A stretch of 64,000 bases of DNA from Octopus bimaculoides (Eukaryota): the NCBI RefSeq assembly GCF_001194135.2, contig NC_068982.1, positions 109,027,094 to 109,091,093 of the forward strand. Reading direction: 5' to 3'. Under the pieces are notes generated by a model. The model saw nothing but the letters and a program-made list of their open reading frames with translations, did not search any database and was not told where the DNA came from. Positions 26,531 to 39,064 of the stretch are shown piece by piece. Position 1 is the stretch's first letter, and each line of letters begins with the position of its first letter. A program made the translations under genes and the position numbers.

Positions 26531-26604
26531 TAATAATAATAATAATGCTGCTGCTGATAGTAATGATTGCTTCTAACATAAGCCATGGCCAGAATTGTGA
26601 GGGG

Positions 26605-26992
26605 TGTTGGCATGTTGGCACTCCGTCGCTTACGACGTCGAGGGTTCCAGTTGATCCGATTAACGGAACAGCCTGCTCGTTAAATTAACGTGCAAGTGGC
26701 TGAGCATTCCACAGACACGTGTACCCTTACGTAGTTCTCGGGGATATTCAGCGTGACACAGTGTGACAAGGCTGACCCTTTGAATTACAGGCACAACAGA
26801 AACAGGAAGTAAGAGTGAGAGAAAGTTGTGGTGGAAGAGTACAGAAGGGTTCGCCACCACCACCTGCCGGAGCCTCGTGGAGCTTTTGGTGTTTTCGCTC
26901 AATAAACACTCACAACGCCTGGTCTGGGAATCGAAACCGCGATCCTATGACTGCAAGTTCGCTGCCCTAACCACTGGGCCATTGCACCTCCA
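26605..26992 (-). mobile_element. SINE family S2, least decayed copy in the window
   Basis: Most CpGs retained; (TGTTGGCA)2 tail; inserted in an S3-type remnant. Confidence 0.9.
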
Positions 26993-28669
26993 CTCTGAGG
27001 GGTGGGGGTTAGTTAATTAGATAATATGTGATATTAATAATAGTATAGTAGAAAACAATACAGGGACACTAGACATTTATTTCTGATTCTATATATCTGG
27101 CCTTTGTATGAAATAATGACTAAGGAGAAATCACCCAAGGACAACTGTTACATGAAAACGAATAGTTAAACCAGTACTAACATGTTAGTATGTTAACACT
27201 GACTAGACTGTAATTGAAATGCATAGCATATCTTTATGAATGTGTAAAATTACTGTAAACGGAGCTTGTGACCCAATTTTGATTTTAATTTCAAAATTTT
27301 TTTACTTCACTTGCATTGCTAATGATCTTTGGAAATGCATGAATGTCACAACTTGTACAATAAATCATAATTTCTAGTCTTCATAATTTGTGTCATGTGG
27401 TCAACTTTCATCAGCCTGTCTCTTGGTTTTTTGTACCTGAATATAGCATTTCATTGATTATCAAATAATATTAGTGACAGCTTTAATTATAAGTTCTCTC
27501 CCAATTTAGCTTGAATTTCTAATTCATTATGGCAACCCTTCAACTTCAACTGAATATTTTTTTTGTTTGAATTATTGTCTTCCACATTTGTTATTTTGTA
27601 ATGTTTTGTACATCTGTTTATATTTTTTTAGGTATTTTTTCTTCAGTTTATGTTGTCACTTAAACTTGAGTACAGCATATTTTTTTTCTCAGCTTGGGCT
27701 ATTGTTAAGGCAGTGTACAATTTGATTATTATACAGTTTAATACTAATAGCTAACATACATTTTCGTTCTTCTGCCCATATTGTAGCTTTTTCTGCTATT
27801 TTACATTTATATGCTATTTTACGATGCTATTTTACATTTATATGGTTTTGTAATGAGATCTATTCTCTGGGACAGCTGTATTAATAATTGTACTAACTGT
27901 AATATTTGTATATCTTGTTACTTTATAAGAGTAAATTGTTTTACTCTTAGTAAATTGTTTTATCAGATGCATGGAGGACAAGTTGAAATCTGGACTTAGT
28001 TATCATATGGTATTCTTGGTGAACAATTTAACAGAATGTTGAAATATACATTCTTCAAGAACAAGGCTCCATCAAACCCATGATAAGGCTACTGTTGCAA
28101 GAGGATTTATGTTTTGGGACTATTCATTTTGAGTTCTAAATTCTACTGGAATGTAAATGGTAGGCTTGTGATATGGTGTAGAGTATTGATGCAGGGGAAG
28201 TTCAGTAATCTGGAACAAAAAAAAAAAAATTAATAAAATAAATGAAACAGGATATTCCTAGTTACAAGTCTGTCATGGAGATATTTGTTTCTGTTTCCAT
28301 TGGTTACACACTTTATTTCTGTGAAGCAATATTGAACTTAAAAAACAAAAATGTCATTCTCAGTGTTGTCATTTCATAGAAGGCTTCATAAAATAACAAG
28401 TGCTCAGTATTTATTATTGAAGTCCTACAAAGGATTTACTGTGCCCAAACAGATAAAGTGTCAACTCTTCAGTTGAAGAGTCGATGAGGTTTTTTCCTGT
28501 CATTGATGTTATGTTAACAATAACATGAAATATTGATATATGACAACCTTGAAATTTTTGTAATGTTTTCTTTTATTTTGCTGCAGTGTTGTGTGTTTTA
28601 ATATCGAAAAACAGTATAATGTACTTTAGGAGCTTAGTGGAGGAAGGCATCTCTGTTTTACTCTACGTC

Positions 28670-29480
28670 ATTTCAGTTTTTCTGTACATTTATGATCTAT
28701 ACATACCTCTGAAGAACATAACTTTGACTTCATTTCACTAATAACATACCAATTGTACAGAATCGACATTTTTTTTGTACTTCTCTTTTCATGATAGTAG
28801 TTCTGTTCGCTATACTCTTGTAGAGATATCAAGAAAACATTGTTGCTCCCACTGCCCACCATCTATGAATAGCATGTAATTAGAACTATCAAAGCTGCTA
28901 CAAAAGCTAGGCTTCACTGTCACAGGATTAATCCCTGGCACATTTTCAATATAGCTTAGGCTACATCACAAAGATAGTCATTCCTCTTTAGAGCCAGAAC
29001 ATACCTTAGCCTCCAACAATTATTAACCAATTACAAAGCTCAGCCAAGGTCCCCATATCTAAGACAGTAGTTCTGTGTACACCGATATCTTGAACTGCCC
29101 CCAAAGAAAGGTCACTCAACTGATTGTCTTGATATCATTTATCAACACATTGCCTTCTCTGGTTCACAAACATGCTGCCTTCTCTCTCTGGTTTTTCTGT
29201 TGGTACTACAGTGGTTTTTACTCCTTAAAGCTGGCTCATCTCATGCCACCTCCACTCAGACACTTCTGACTCACTTGTCTTTCCTCCTTCCACCACTCAT
29301 TTGTGTCTTTCCCCCTCAAGCTCCAAATTATGTCCAATCCTTCCTCTTTAGAATGTCATCCCTTAAAATTTCTTCCTTGCGCATCTTTCCTGTGACTGTC
29401 AGCATATGTTCAAAAAGAGGAATGTTAACAGCATAAATTGCACTGGTCACAGAGATCCTGTGAAGGACATGAATACAGTC
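28670..29480 (-). mobile_element. Highly decayed LINE-like coding fossil (possibly L1/Tx1)
   Basis: Coding-like composition with stops in all frames; family assignment is weak. Confidence 0.25.
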
Positions 29481-30207
29481 CCTTCCTTCAAACCACACCA
29501 TTAATGTGTGTGTGTGTATATATAGTTCATGAGCAACTGTTGATGAGGTTAAATATATTGAAATGTGCAACTATAAATGATAGAGAAAATGGAACAACAA
29601 TACAGAATACTTAACTTTAACAAATTTGAACCTTCACTCAGTACTTTAAATTCAACATCAATGTTCATAAATATAAAATGATAGACTTTGAGTGGGTTCA
29701 AACTTTTACCCTATGCATTACATTAAACAATAAATAATTACTTCTTAAAAAAAGAGAAAAGTAAACTATTCTACCAAATGGAAAACAATAGAAACAAAAA
29801 GACATGTCACATGGATGGAGACATTTTTTGTTTCAAAGTACACTGCGATCAAGTGATCAGAGACTATGGTGTTAGGAAAACTATCATAACCTACCATCTT
29901 CAAAATGAACGTATTGTAATATTAGCTGCTCACTCATGCCAACCAATGTTTTGGTCAGTTTAGACAGCAGACTGGTCTTCCCAATAAAGCTGTTTTCAGA
30001 AGAAAATATAGCTGTATCTAGCCTTAAGAGAACCCCCTCTTTAAATGGAGTAATATCTATTCTATAGTCTCTCAGCTCACTGGCTATTGAGGCTGTTTGA
30101 TGCTTGTTGAGTTTTCTGACATCAAGTAATGTTTGTATATTGTATGTGACAAACTTGAATGATATTTTCTTTCTCTTTTTATGACTGCTATGTGGAATTG
30201 GGTTCTA

Positions 30208-31110
30208 GGGCAACTGATATCAGGACAACTCATATCAGACAACTCCTACCTGGGCAATTGACATCTAGGACAGCTGATATGTAGGACAACTCAGACCAGG
30301 TATAAAGTGATAAAGATTTAATTATGAAAGAAATTTTGCATGTGTGTGTGTGTATGTGGTGTGTATTTGTGTGTGGTGTGTGTGAATGTGTGTATATATG
30401 GGTGCATGTATGTGCTGTGTGTGTGTATGTGCAGTGTGTATGTGTGTGGTGTGTTTTTGTGTGGTGTGTATTTGTGTGTGTGTGGTGTGTATTTGTGTGT
30501 GTTTGTTGTGTGTGTGGTGTGTATTTGTGTGTGTGGTGTGTATTTGTGTGTGTGGTGTGTGTGTGGTGTTTTTGTGTAGTGTGTAGTTGTGTGTGTGTGT
30601 ATGTGTGTGTATTTGTGTGTGTGTGGTGTGTATTTGTGTGGTGTATGTGGTATGTGGTGTGTGCATGTGTGTAATGTGTATGTGCGTGTGTGTGCATGCG
30701 TGCACATGTGTGCGGTGTGTATGTGTTTATGCATGTGTGTGCAGTTATTTTATTCTTATTTGATTTTTCTTTCAAAATTAAATCTTTATCACTTTATAGC
30801 TGTTATGAGTTGTCCTATATATCAGTTGTCCTATATATCAGTTGTCCTATATATCAGTTGTCCTATATATCAGTTGTCCTAGATGTCAGTTGTCCANNNN
30901 NNNNNNATATATCAGTTGTCCTATATATCAGTTGTCCTATATATCAGTTGTCCTATATATCAGTTGTCCTAGATGTCAGTTGTCCTAGATGTCAGTTGTC
31001 CTATATATCAGTTGTCCTATATATCAGTTGTCCTATATATCAGTTGTCCTAGATGTCAGTTGTCCAGGTATGAGTTGTTTGGGAATGAGTTGTCTTGGTA
31101 TCAGTTGTCT
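30208..31110. mobile_element. Foldback-type element with tandem 16-bp subrepeats in its inverted arms
   Basis: 30301-30333 matches the revcomp of 30766-30798 at 32/33; left arm carries AGGACAACTGATAT-type units; right arm is expanded to many ATATATCAGTTGTCCT / AGATGTCAGTTGTCCT units; central (GT)-rich minisatellite. Confidence 0.75.
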
Positions 31111-32831
31111 TGGCTTGGTGAAATTGTCTTGACAGGTCCAGTTTCTTGTCCAGCTGAGAACTGTACATATTCATGTAAAAGTTGACTCCCTATTTTTAGC
31201 CTTAAAATCTGGAATTTTTTCATAGGTTTCATGCAAAAATCAATCCTAGTTCTTTACAGAAAATTTATCTGTTGAATGTGATGAATATATGCAAATATTT
31301 GTATGAGTTATATGGCCTTTATATGTTGTTTCTTAGTAAAATGTGTGTTTTGATGTGTAAAATCAGTATTACTGTACTTCATTGTCTTTTTATATATTGA
31401 TTTAGTGATCATTTGGGCTTCTGCTACCAATATAGTATTTTAGATGCTAATGTGAATTTCAGCTACTTAAAAATAGTTTCCATTTAATAATAATCAGTCC
31501 CATAAATTTAATCTTTAAAAAAATGTTTAAAAATTTCAACTTTTATATGAATATATGTGGTTGACAATTTTTAAGCCATTTTTTCTTGGTTTTCACTAAC
31601 TTGAGTAAACAGTATGATAAAGCTACTCAGTCATACAGGGGTGTACTGAGGAGAGCTCCCACTCATCCTAGCCAACTGTTGCTTTGAGCCATTGATGCAT
31701 AGATTTATGACTAAGAAGATTCCAGCATATTCAGGCTAGCCTTTCTTACTGGTTATATGCCATAACCAGGAATAGCACCCAGTACACACTGTAAAGTGGT
31801 TAATATTAGGAAGAGCATCCAGCTGGAGAAACCATGCCAAAGCTGACACTGGAGCTCAGCATATCCCTTGGCTCACTAAATTCTGTCAGACTTTCCAATC
31901 CCTACCAGCATCGAAAACGGACAGTAAATAGTAATAATGATGATGATGGTGGAGGAGGAGAAGAAGAAGAAAATATGTTTTGAGCATATATCAGCAAAAG
32001 TATTTGTTTATATGAACACACAAGAAAACATTATTGACTCAGAGATTTCATGTTTAGCTTAATGTTAATTTTATGATCATTATTATTAGTGACAGTTATG
32101 AATTGCTGAGTCTGAAGTGAGATATTGGCAGATTGCTTTGTGTTCAAAAGTTTGGTACCTCACTGTTATATTAGTTCAGGTGATACTGGGTTTTGATTTC
32201 TCTCTCAACAAAGTTCAGTAAAGTATGTAACAATAATGTATTGGCTTCAATTCAATCGACTTTTAACTCTCTCCTTTTAAAAAACCGATTTTGTGCTTGG
32301 TAGTGTTAAGTAGTTAATTATTTCATAAATTACAAGGACCCATAGGGCTGCTACTTAACATTTTCCGCAGTGTTAAGCAGATAAGACAAGTATCATGCTA
32401 CTTTGATAAAATGTTGGTTTATCATAGCTATCCAGAAAATGCTTTAGCTGCTTTCTACAATTAGGTGAGCTGATGCATAAAATAAAAATGTTTTGCCTAG
32501 AGACAATGAAATATTTGTTGCACACATGGACTTGTACACATTATGAACTCCAGTCCAGTATCTGATCCTTTCACTATTTTGCTTCTAGCAATCAAATGTA
32601 TTAATATTTATAGTATATGTGATGTTTCTTAAATTTTGACTCTGTTAGATTTACCAAATCACATTTATTAGAAAACTCGTTATATTTAATTTGTTCATTG
32701 TGTATCACAACGCAAAAGTTCACTTTGTAGAACACGTGGATAATATGAAATGCCTGTTTTCTCTTTGATGTTATCTCTGAAACATATTTAGATGAATGTT
32801 TAAATACATAGCTCATTTTAAAATTTTAGGT

Positions 32832-32991
32832 ACAGGAGTGGCTGTGTGGTAAGTAGCTTGCTTACCAACCACATGGTTTTGGGTTCATTCCCACTGCGTG
32901 GCACCTTGGGCAAGTGTCTTCTACTATAGCCTCGGGCTGACCAAAGCCTTGTGAGTGGATTTGGTAGACGGAAACTGAAAGAAGACTGTCG

Positions 32992-33028
<37 letters not shown>

Positions 33029-33247
33029 GTGTGTATATGTTTGTGTGTCTGTGTTTGTCCCCCTAACATCGCTTGACAGCCTAAGCTGGTGTGTTTACAT
33101 CCCTGTAACTTAGTGGTTCGGCAAAAAGAAACCTATAGAATAAGTACTAGACTTCCAAAGAATAAGTCCTAGGGTCGATCTGCACGACTAAAGGCGGTGC
33201 TCCAGCATGGCCGCGGTCAAATGAGTGAAACAAGTAAAAGAGTAAGA
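32832..33247 (+). mobile_element. Full-length SINE family S1 (reference copy)
   Basis: Head GGAGTGGCTGTGTGGTAAGTAGC...GGGTTCATTCCCACTGCG, core GGCACCTTGGGCAAGTGTCTTCTACTATAGCC, internal (TA)n(TG)n, 3' CCAGCATGGCCGCGGTCAAATGAGTGAAACAAGTAAAAGAG. Confidence 0.92.
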
Positions 33248-33969
33248 GTTATAGATATTCTTGAAATGTGTGTGCCTGTGATTTGAACCATTTTTTTTTT
33301 CAGTATATCCAAGTCACATATTTTGATTTGTAACTGTTTTAGTTAATTAAATTTTTGAATACTTATTTCTATTTTATCAATACTTAATCAAATCTCTTGT
33401 AGATTAGTGTTACAATTAGACAATCCTGCAGCATATCTGCACAGCAATAACTTCTAAATATGCAACAACAATGCACTTGTAAAGAAATGTTCTAATATCT
33501 GCAGAAACCTACACCCTATCAGTTCAGTAAAATATTGAACTAATCATATCTTATGGATAACAATGAAAGAAGAAAGCAATTGAAGAATTGTTAAAAATAT
33601 TGTATTTGTCTCTTCTGCTCTTACCTTTCCCCTATGTAAACTATGATCTGTCAGTTCTACACTCTTCTGACTCAAAACATTCATAATGGATCTGGCAGAT
33701 GCCAATTTTGGAAACTATAGTAGTTAGTTTTATTTTTGTGTCAATGGTATATATATATATATATNNNNNNNNNNNNNNNNNNNNNNNNNNNNNNNNNNNN
33801 NNNNNNNNNNNNNNNNNNNNNNNNNNNNNNNNNNNNNNNNNNNNNNNNNNNNNNNNNNNNNNNNNNNNNNNNNNNNNNNNNNNNNNNNNNNNNNNNNNNN
33901 NNNNTATATGGTTTCACTTTTTAAAGTTATCCTATAGACAATAGTTCAAATTATTCTTCATATTATGAT

Positions 33970-34345
33970 AGTATGTCACAAATTGGAACAAGGAGGTGCA
34001 AGAATTGGTGAACAAGTTAATACTTCACAATATTTAGTTACATTATCTCTGAAAAAAAAAAAAGCAACAATATTATGTAAATGGAAGCAAGGAAACGTTA
34101 TAGACAGGCCCAGAATAGCAAGAGCATGTCATTGATGTAGTGAGAGCATATCATTGATGAGGTCGTAATTGGCTGTGTGACGAATTGACTAAATGATTAA
34201 TCAAACAATACATTAGTAATTTAGTTAGATGATTAGCTAGTTGACTAATAATAATAAAAAAAAGTGAAATAGAACCAGTGCATGTGTTTCTTACTGGTAT
34301 GATGATCTTCCCAAGATGCACTAAAATCTTTCTCAACAACACCAT
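33970..34345 (+). mobile_element. Possible decayed Tc1-like transposase N-terminal fragment
   Basis: ...KWKQGNVIDRPRIARA... resembles the Tc1 DRPRSGRP linker; many stops. Confidence 0.25.
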
Positions 34346-34458
34346 TTCACATCAATCAGCTTTAAACCAAACACGAAAATGAAATTATCAAATACTTTTG
34401 TTTCTCAAATTCTCCCATTATTGGATATTTTCCTTCTTTTCTTTCAATACGAATTCAA

Positions 34459-34673
34459 CCCTTTAGCATTCAGATTATTCTGTCAAATGTAATGCTTATT
34501 TATTCACACTGTTTTGAATTAACCATATGTTATCTCATAGCTTAGAGATTTTGATGATATAATTGTTTTTTAGAATGACATTGTAGCATAGGTGAGAGGT
34601 CAGGTCTAGCTGGTTTGAATAATAAATAGGTAGAATATCTGGACCAGATATGGCTAGCTTAAATGCTAAAGGG
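34459..34673. mobile_element. piggyBac-type MITE (second family)
   Basis: 12-bp perfect TIR CCCTTTAGCATT / AATGCTAAAGGG; flanks TCAA and TTAA. Confidence 0.8.
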
Positions 34674-34845
34674 TTAAACAACATACCAAACGATATGCTG
34701 AGAGTAAGCTTGTGCACTTACTTATTTCCTTTTATCTTCACTCTTTTGCTATGTAATTTCAATATTCAAAAAAAAAAAAAAAAACCCCACAAAATACACT
34801 GTTTCTCTTGCTCTCTCTTTTACACACATATAAATGATAGGCTTC

Positions 34846-35000
34846 TTTCAGTTTCTGTCTACCAGATCCACTCACAAGACTTTGGTCAGTTCAGGACTAT
34901 AATAGAAGACCCTTGTCCAAGGTACCAAGTAGTGGGACTGAACTTGAAACCATTTGGTTTGGGAACAAACCTTTTAACCACACTGTCATGTCTATACCTA
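34846..35000 (-). mobile_element. SINE family S1, 5' half
   Basis: CTTCTTTCAGTTTCTGTCTACCAGATCCACTCACAAG...GGGACTGAAC block. Confidence 0.8.
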
Positions 35001-35137
35001 TAATATTAGTGTTAAAAGGAAAGGAGGAAGATATTCAATAATGAGAGAATTTATAAGTATTTGACAAATAAACCATTTCAGTTTTCACTTTTGTCTTCAA
35101 TAGTATATTTCTGCAATACACTTATTTTTTGTAAGTA

Positions 35138-36395
35138 CAAAGGTTGGCTGTAAAGTTCATAGGCTGACCAAAATACTCTCATAGAAAATGACCAAATGAG
35201 GTTTATTTTACAACATAGTCTCCCTTGCAGTCCACACACTTCTTTCATTGGTGTTGTAGTGCTTGGATTCCATTGGTGAAGAAGCTATCATCCTGCTAGT
35301 CAAAAAGGTCATCAATAGTAGATATGTCATCATCACTGATACTGGTTCTCAGCGAAGTGTTTTTCCATGCCGAGGGACAGATGATAGTCAGATGGGGCCA
35401 AATCAGGAGCATAGGGATGGTGATCAACTAGTTCAAAGCCACAGTCACACACAGCAGCCATTGAAACCAAGACTTGTGTGCTGGAACATTTTCCTGATAA
35501 AACAAGACCACTTTTGTCAATTTTCCTGGGCATTTGGTCTTGATAACCTTTTGTAACTACCTCAACAAGTTGGTATAGTACTTTCCATTGATGGTATAGC
35601 CTTTTGAAGATAGTCAGTAAACACAATTCCTTTTGTGTGCCAAAAATGGAGGCCATCACCTTCCCTGCAGATGAAATTACCTTGGCCTTCTTTGGAGCTG
35701 ATGAAGAGGGGTGTTTTTACTGCATGGATTGTCTTTTTGTCTCTAGCTTAAAGTGATGAACCCAACACTCATCCTGGATAAGGAACCATTCATGAAGACC
35801 AGCTGGATCTGCCTAAAACAATATCAGATTTTCCTGTGATGTGATAAGCTGGTGTGTTTTTGATTTGGTGTCAGAAGACTGAGCAGAAACCTTTGCTATG
35901 TCAAGTTCATTGTGCATAATATTCTCAACTCTCTTATAGGATATTCTAATAATATTGGATGTTTGATTTGTTGATTTGTAATCAGTTGCCTGTCATGTGG
36001 TGAACATGATCAATGTTTTCCTAGGTGGTAGCAGTTGCAAGATGTCCATACCTTGGGTTATCTTCAAGACACTCCCTTCCCCTCCTAAATTCAGCTTCCC
36101 ACTATTGATAAAGCTGGAGCATCATCCCCTAATGTATCAATCATGTCAGCATGAATGTCCTTGGAGGCTAAACCCTTTTCAGCAGGTGGATAACACTATG
36201 ATGCTAAATTATGTCCATTTTCAAGAGAGGTTGCTAATAGTTACTTTTGAATTTTTCTTTGAACAGTCAGATGTCAGTTTAGCTGGAAAGAGACAATGCG
36301 GCTATTAAGAAGAGTTGAAATTAATGCATGCAAGATTTCACAGCTCAGGAATCAGTCCTTCATTGTCAGCTTATGATCTTTTCAGCCCACCCTTG
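35138..36395 (-). mobile_element. Full-length (1258 bp) decayed mariner transposon; transposase pseudogene about 35203-36218
   Basis: TA flanks; about 31-bp TIRs CAAAGGTTGGCTGTAAAGTTCATAGGCTGAC and (revcomp) CAAGGGTGGGCTGAAAAGATCATAAGCTGAC; motif HHPYAPDLAPSDYHL (mariner YSPDLAPSDY); many stops and frameshifts. Confidence 0.92.
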
Positions 36396-38064
36396 TAAAT
36401 ATGCTCACCATATCTCACTTGCCTTCATTGCAATATAATAAAAAATTAAATATGTTATATGTTTCTCCAATATAAACTCATTTCAAACTGTTAAAACATA
36501 TTTTTTAAGAATCATTTTTTCCATATTATTTTTCTCCTAAAATATTTTTGAATTTACTATTCTGAGTATTTAGTGTTGAATTTTAACTCTTATCACTTTA
36601 TTTTATCAATCTACGTTGGGTGAAATGTATATTGAACCAGAGTATTATTAAAACTCAGAAGCCCTGCTAGCATTTAGTATAGGGTTTCAGCTGTTGTTAC
36701 ACATACATACACACACTCTCTCATATACATACTTTTTACTTGTATATTGTTGTACTCACATTCCCACAAGAGTAGTGCACCTTTTTTTTTAAAGTATATT
36801 CCACTTATAAGTTATAACCTAAGGCCTGGTTCATTGATTTAGATGTTATTAGTGGAAATGCATTAGTATGGTCCAAACATGATTCAAGTCAAGGAATGCA
36901 ATAAGGTTACATAAAACAACTAAAGTGAAATCACATCAGTCATAAATCTTATACTACATTCTTTATAGCCAAATGTTTTACCAAGTAGGTTATCCTATAT
37001 GTATGTTATAAGTAGTCTGGTTATAAGCATAAGAATTCAAGGATATACTAATTTGCCTTTTCAATCATGTGACAACTAATTTGAGAAAGCTGCCCATATG
37101 TAAACTATTTTGCAAATACAAATGAAATGACAAATAACTGTTTCAGATATATTTCCTCCTAAATCCAGCTACATATTTGGGTGTTTTCATAGCTAGTTAT
37201 ATTTTAGCAAGAAGTGGCTATAATTCTAGCCATCTTGGCAACACAAGGAGAATGCTTGGCACAAACATCATAGATTTGAGTCAATTAATGTTGACAATGT
37301 CATTGGAAAGTTGCCATTCTTTAGCATCTTCAATTGACTACTAGCTGGTCAAAGATTGGCTCTAACATCTCATCAGTATATTAGTATTTTTAGTCATTCA
37401 AACACACTTTAGACACTTTTGTGGTACATTTGTTTGTATATATATGTCTGTTTGTATACATATGTGTACTTCTGCATGTGTATGCACACACACATGCGGG
37501 TGTGATTTCAGTTGATTGGTGTGTGTTTTTGTTCACTGCATTGGGTTTATTGGCCAACAGCTGACACAGCTATGTGGTCTGTATGCAGAAGACCTCGATA
37601 GGGAATTTTCCCATGACATTAGGTATTTCAGGCCATTTGGGTTGGATGTATGACATTGGGTTCTTGGTCAACCCAGTTTGTATGTGTGACATTGAGTACC
37701 CTTTGACTTATATAATTTGCAACATCCAAAGTTTGCTTTGTCTGGCAACAAGTATTCATGTAATATTATTTCTGTTATGTATTTCCTTTGGAAGAGTTGG
37801 AATGGTATTTATTACACCAACTTCTGGCTCACTCTTCTTTCTGTCTTTTATATTGCTACTACTATGAGAGCTGATACCCTGAGCTGGTTGGTCTTGTATC
37901 ACCTTTCTTTTAGGTACTCTCTTCCTATTGTCAATCATATTGTGTCTATCCCCTGGCCCTGCACTAACTACTATGTACATCCCCCCCATTCCCCAGAATG
38001 TCACCCCTCTGAATTTCTGATTTTGCAAATGTTTTTCCTGTAATCAGAAACCTGCAGATCATCA

Positions 38065-38280
38065 TCATTGTTTAACCTCTATTTTCCATGCTGGCATGGG
38101 TTAGCTGGTTTGAGATGGAGTTGGCTAGCAGGGGGCTGTCCAGACTCTGGCTGTCTGTTGAGGCATGGTTTCTACAGCTGGATGCTCTTCCTAATGCCAA
38201 CCACTTAACAGAGTGTACTGGGTGCTTATCATGTGTCACCGGCACTGGTGCATTTATGCAGTACCAGTACAGGTGCATTA
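38065..38280 (-). mobile_element. RTE 3'UTR-derived fragment
   Basis: TTTTCCATGCTGGCATGGG...CTGGATGCTCTTCCTAATGCCAACCAC is the reverse complement of the 6290-6507 type. Confidence 0.8.
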
Positions 38281-38284
38281 ACAC

Positions 38285-38466
38285 AGCACCAACATCGACC
38301 CCACACACTGGGAGGATATCTCGGCAAACAGACCCCTCTGGAGACACACCATCAAAACGGGTTCAGCGGACTTCGAGAAAGCCCGAGTCGCAAGAGCTGA
38401 ACTCAAGAGACGGGAGAGAAAGCAGCGCCTTCTCCTTCCCAAACCAACCCCTTCTATCCCTTGTCC
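38285..38466 (+). mobile_element. RTE/BovB-like LINE ORF C-terminal fragment, uninterrupted up to an N-gap
   Basis: NIDPTHWEDISANRPLWRHTIKTGSADFEKARVARAELKRRERKQRLLLPKPTPSIPC; GC-rich with CpGs intact. Confidence 0.8.
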
Positions 38467-39064
38467 NNNNNNNNNNNNNNNNNNNNNNNNNNNNNNNNNN
38501 NNNNNNNNNNNNNNNNNNNNNNNNNNNNNNNNNNNNNNNNNNNNNNNNNNNNNNNNNNNNNNNNNNNNNNNNNNNNNNNNNNNNNNNNNNNNNNNNNNNN
38601 NNNNNNNNNNNNNNNNNNNNNNNNNNNNNNNNNNNNNNNNNNNNNNNNNNNNNNNNNNNNNNNNNNNNNNNNNNNNNNNNNNNNNNNNNNNNNNNNNNNN
38701 NNNNNNNNNNNNNNNNNNNNNNNNNNNNNNNNNNNNNNNNNNNNNNNNNNNNNNNNNNNNNNACACACAAGCAACATAGAGAACATTCTTCTTCATCAGC
38801 TACCCCCATTTTAACACCGGCATTTCGAAGAGCTGGGCAGGACACATCGTTAAAACGGCTCTTCCCATGGACCGCAAATTAAATTTGTATACACAAATTA
38901 AATCTTGCCATGGAGGAATGTAGTGGCGGACAAAAAACAAGACAGGAAAACAAACAGAAAAGGCTTTACAGCCAGACGAGAAAAATTATGTGTGTAAGAA
39001 CGCTGTGAGGCACGAACTTGAAAGTAGGGACGAAACACACACACACACATATATATATATATAG

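Noticed and set aside
28039-28135. Armadillo-repeat-like peptide NVEIYILQEQGSIKPMIRLLLQED as an exon
   Set aside because: Superficial similarity only; weak acceptor, no donor before the stop, and it runs into a SINE remnant
29277-29460. Minus-strand segment with good splice-like sites as an exon
   Set aside because: Stops in all three frames and it lies within a probable LINE fossil
30817-31066. 16-bp direct repeats as a CRISPR array
   Set aside because: Units are head-to-tail with no unique spacers, no cas genes, and the context is eukaryotic
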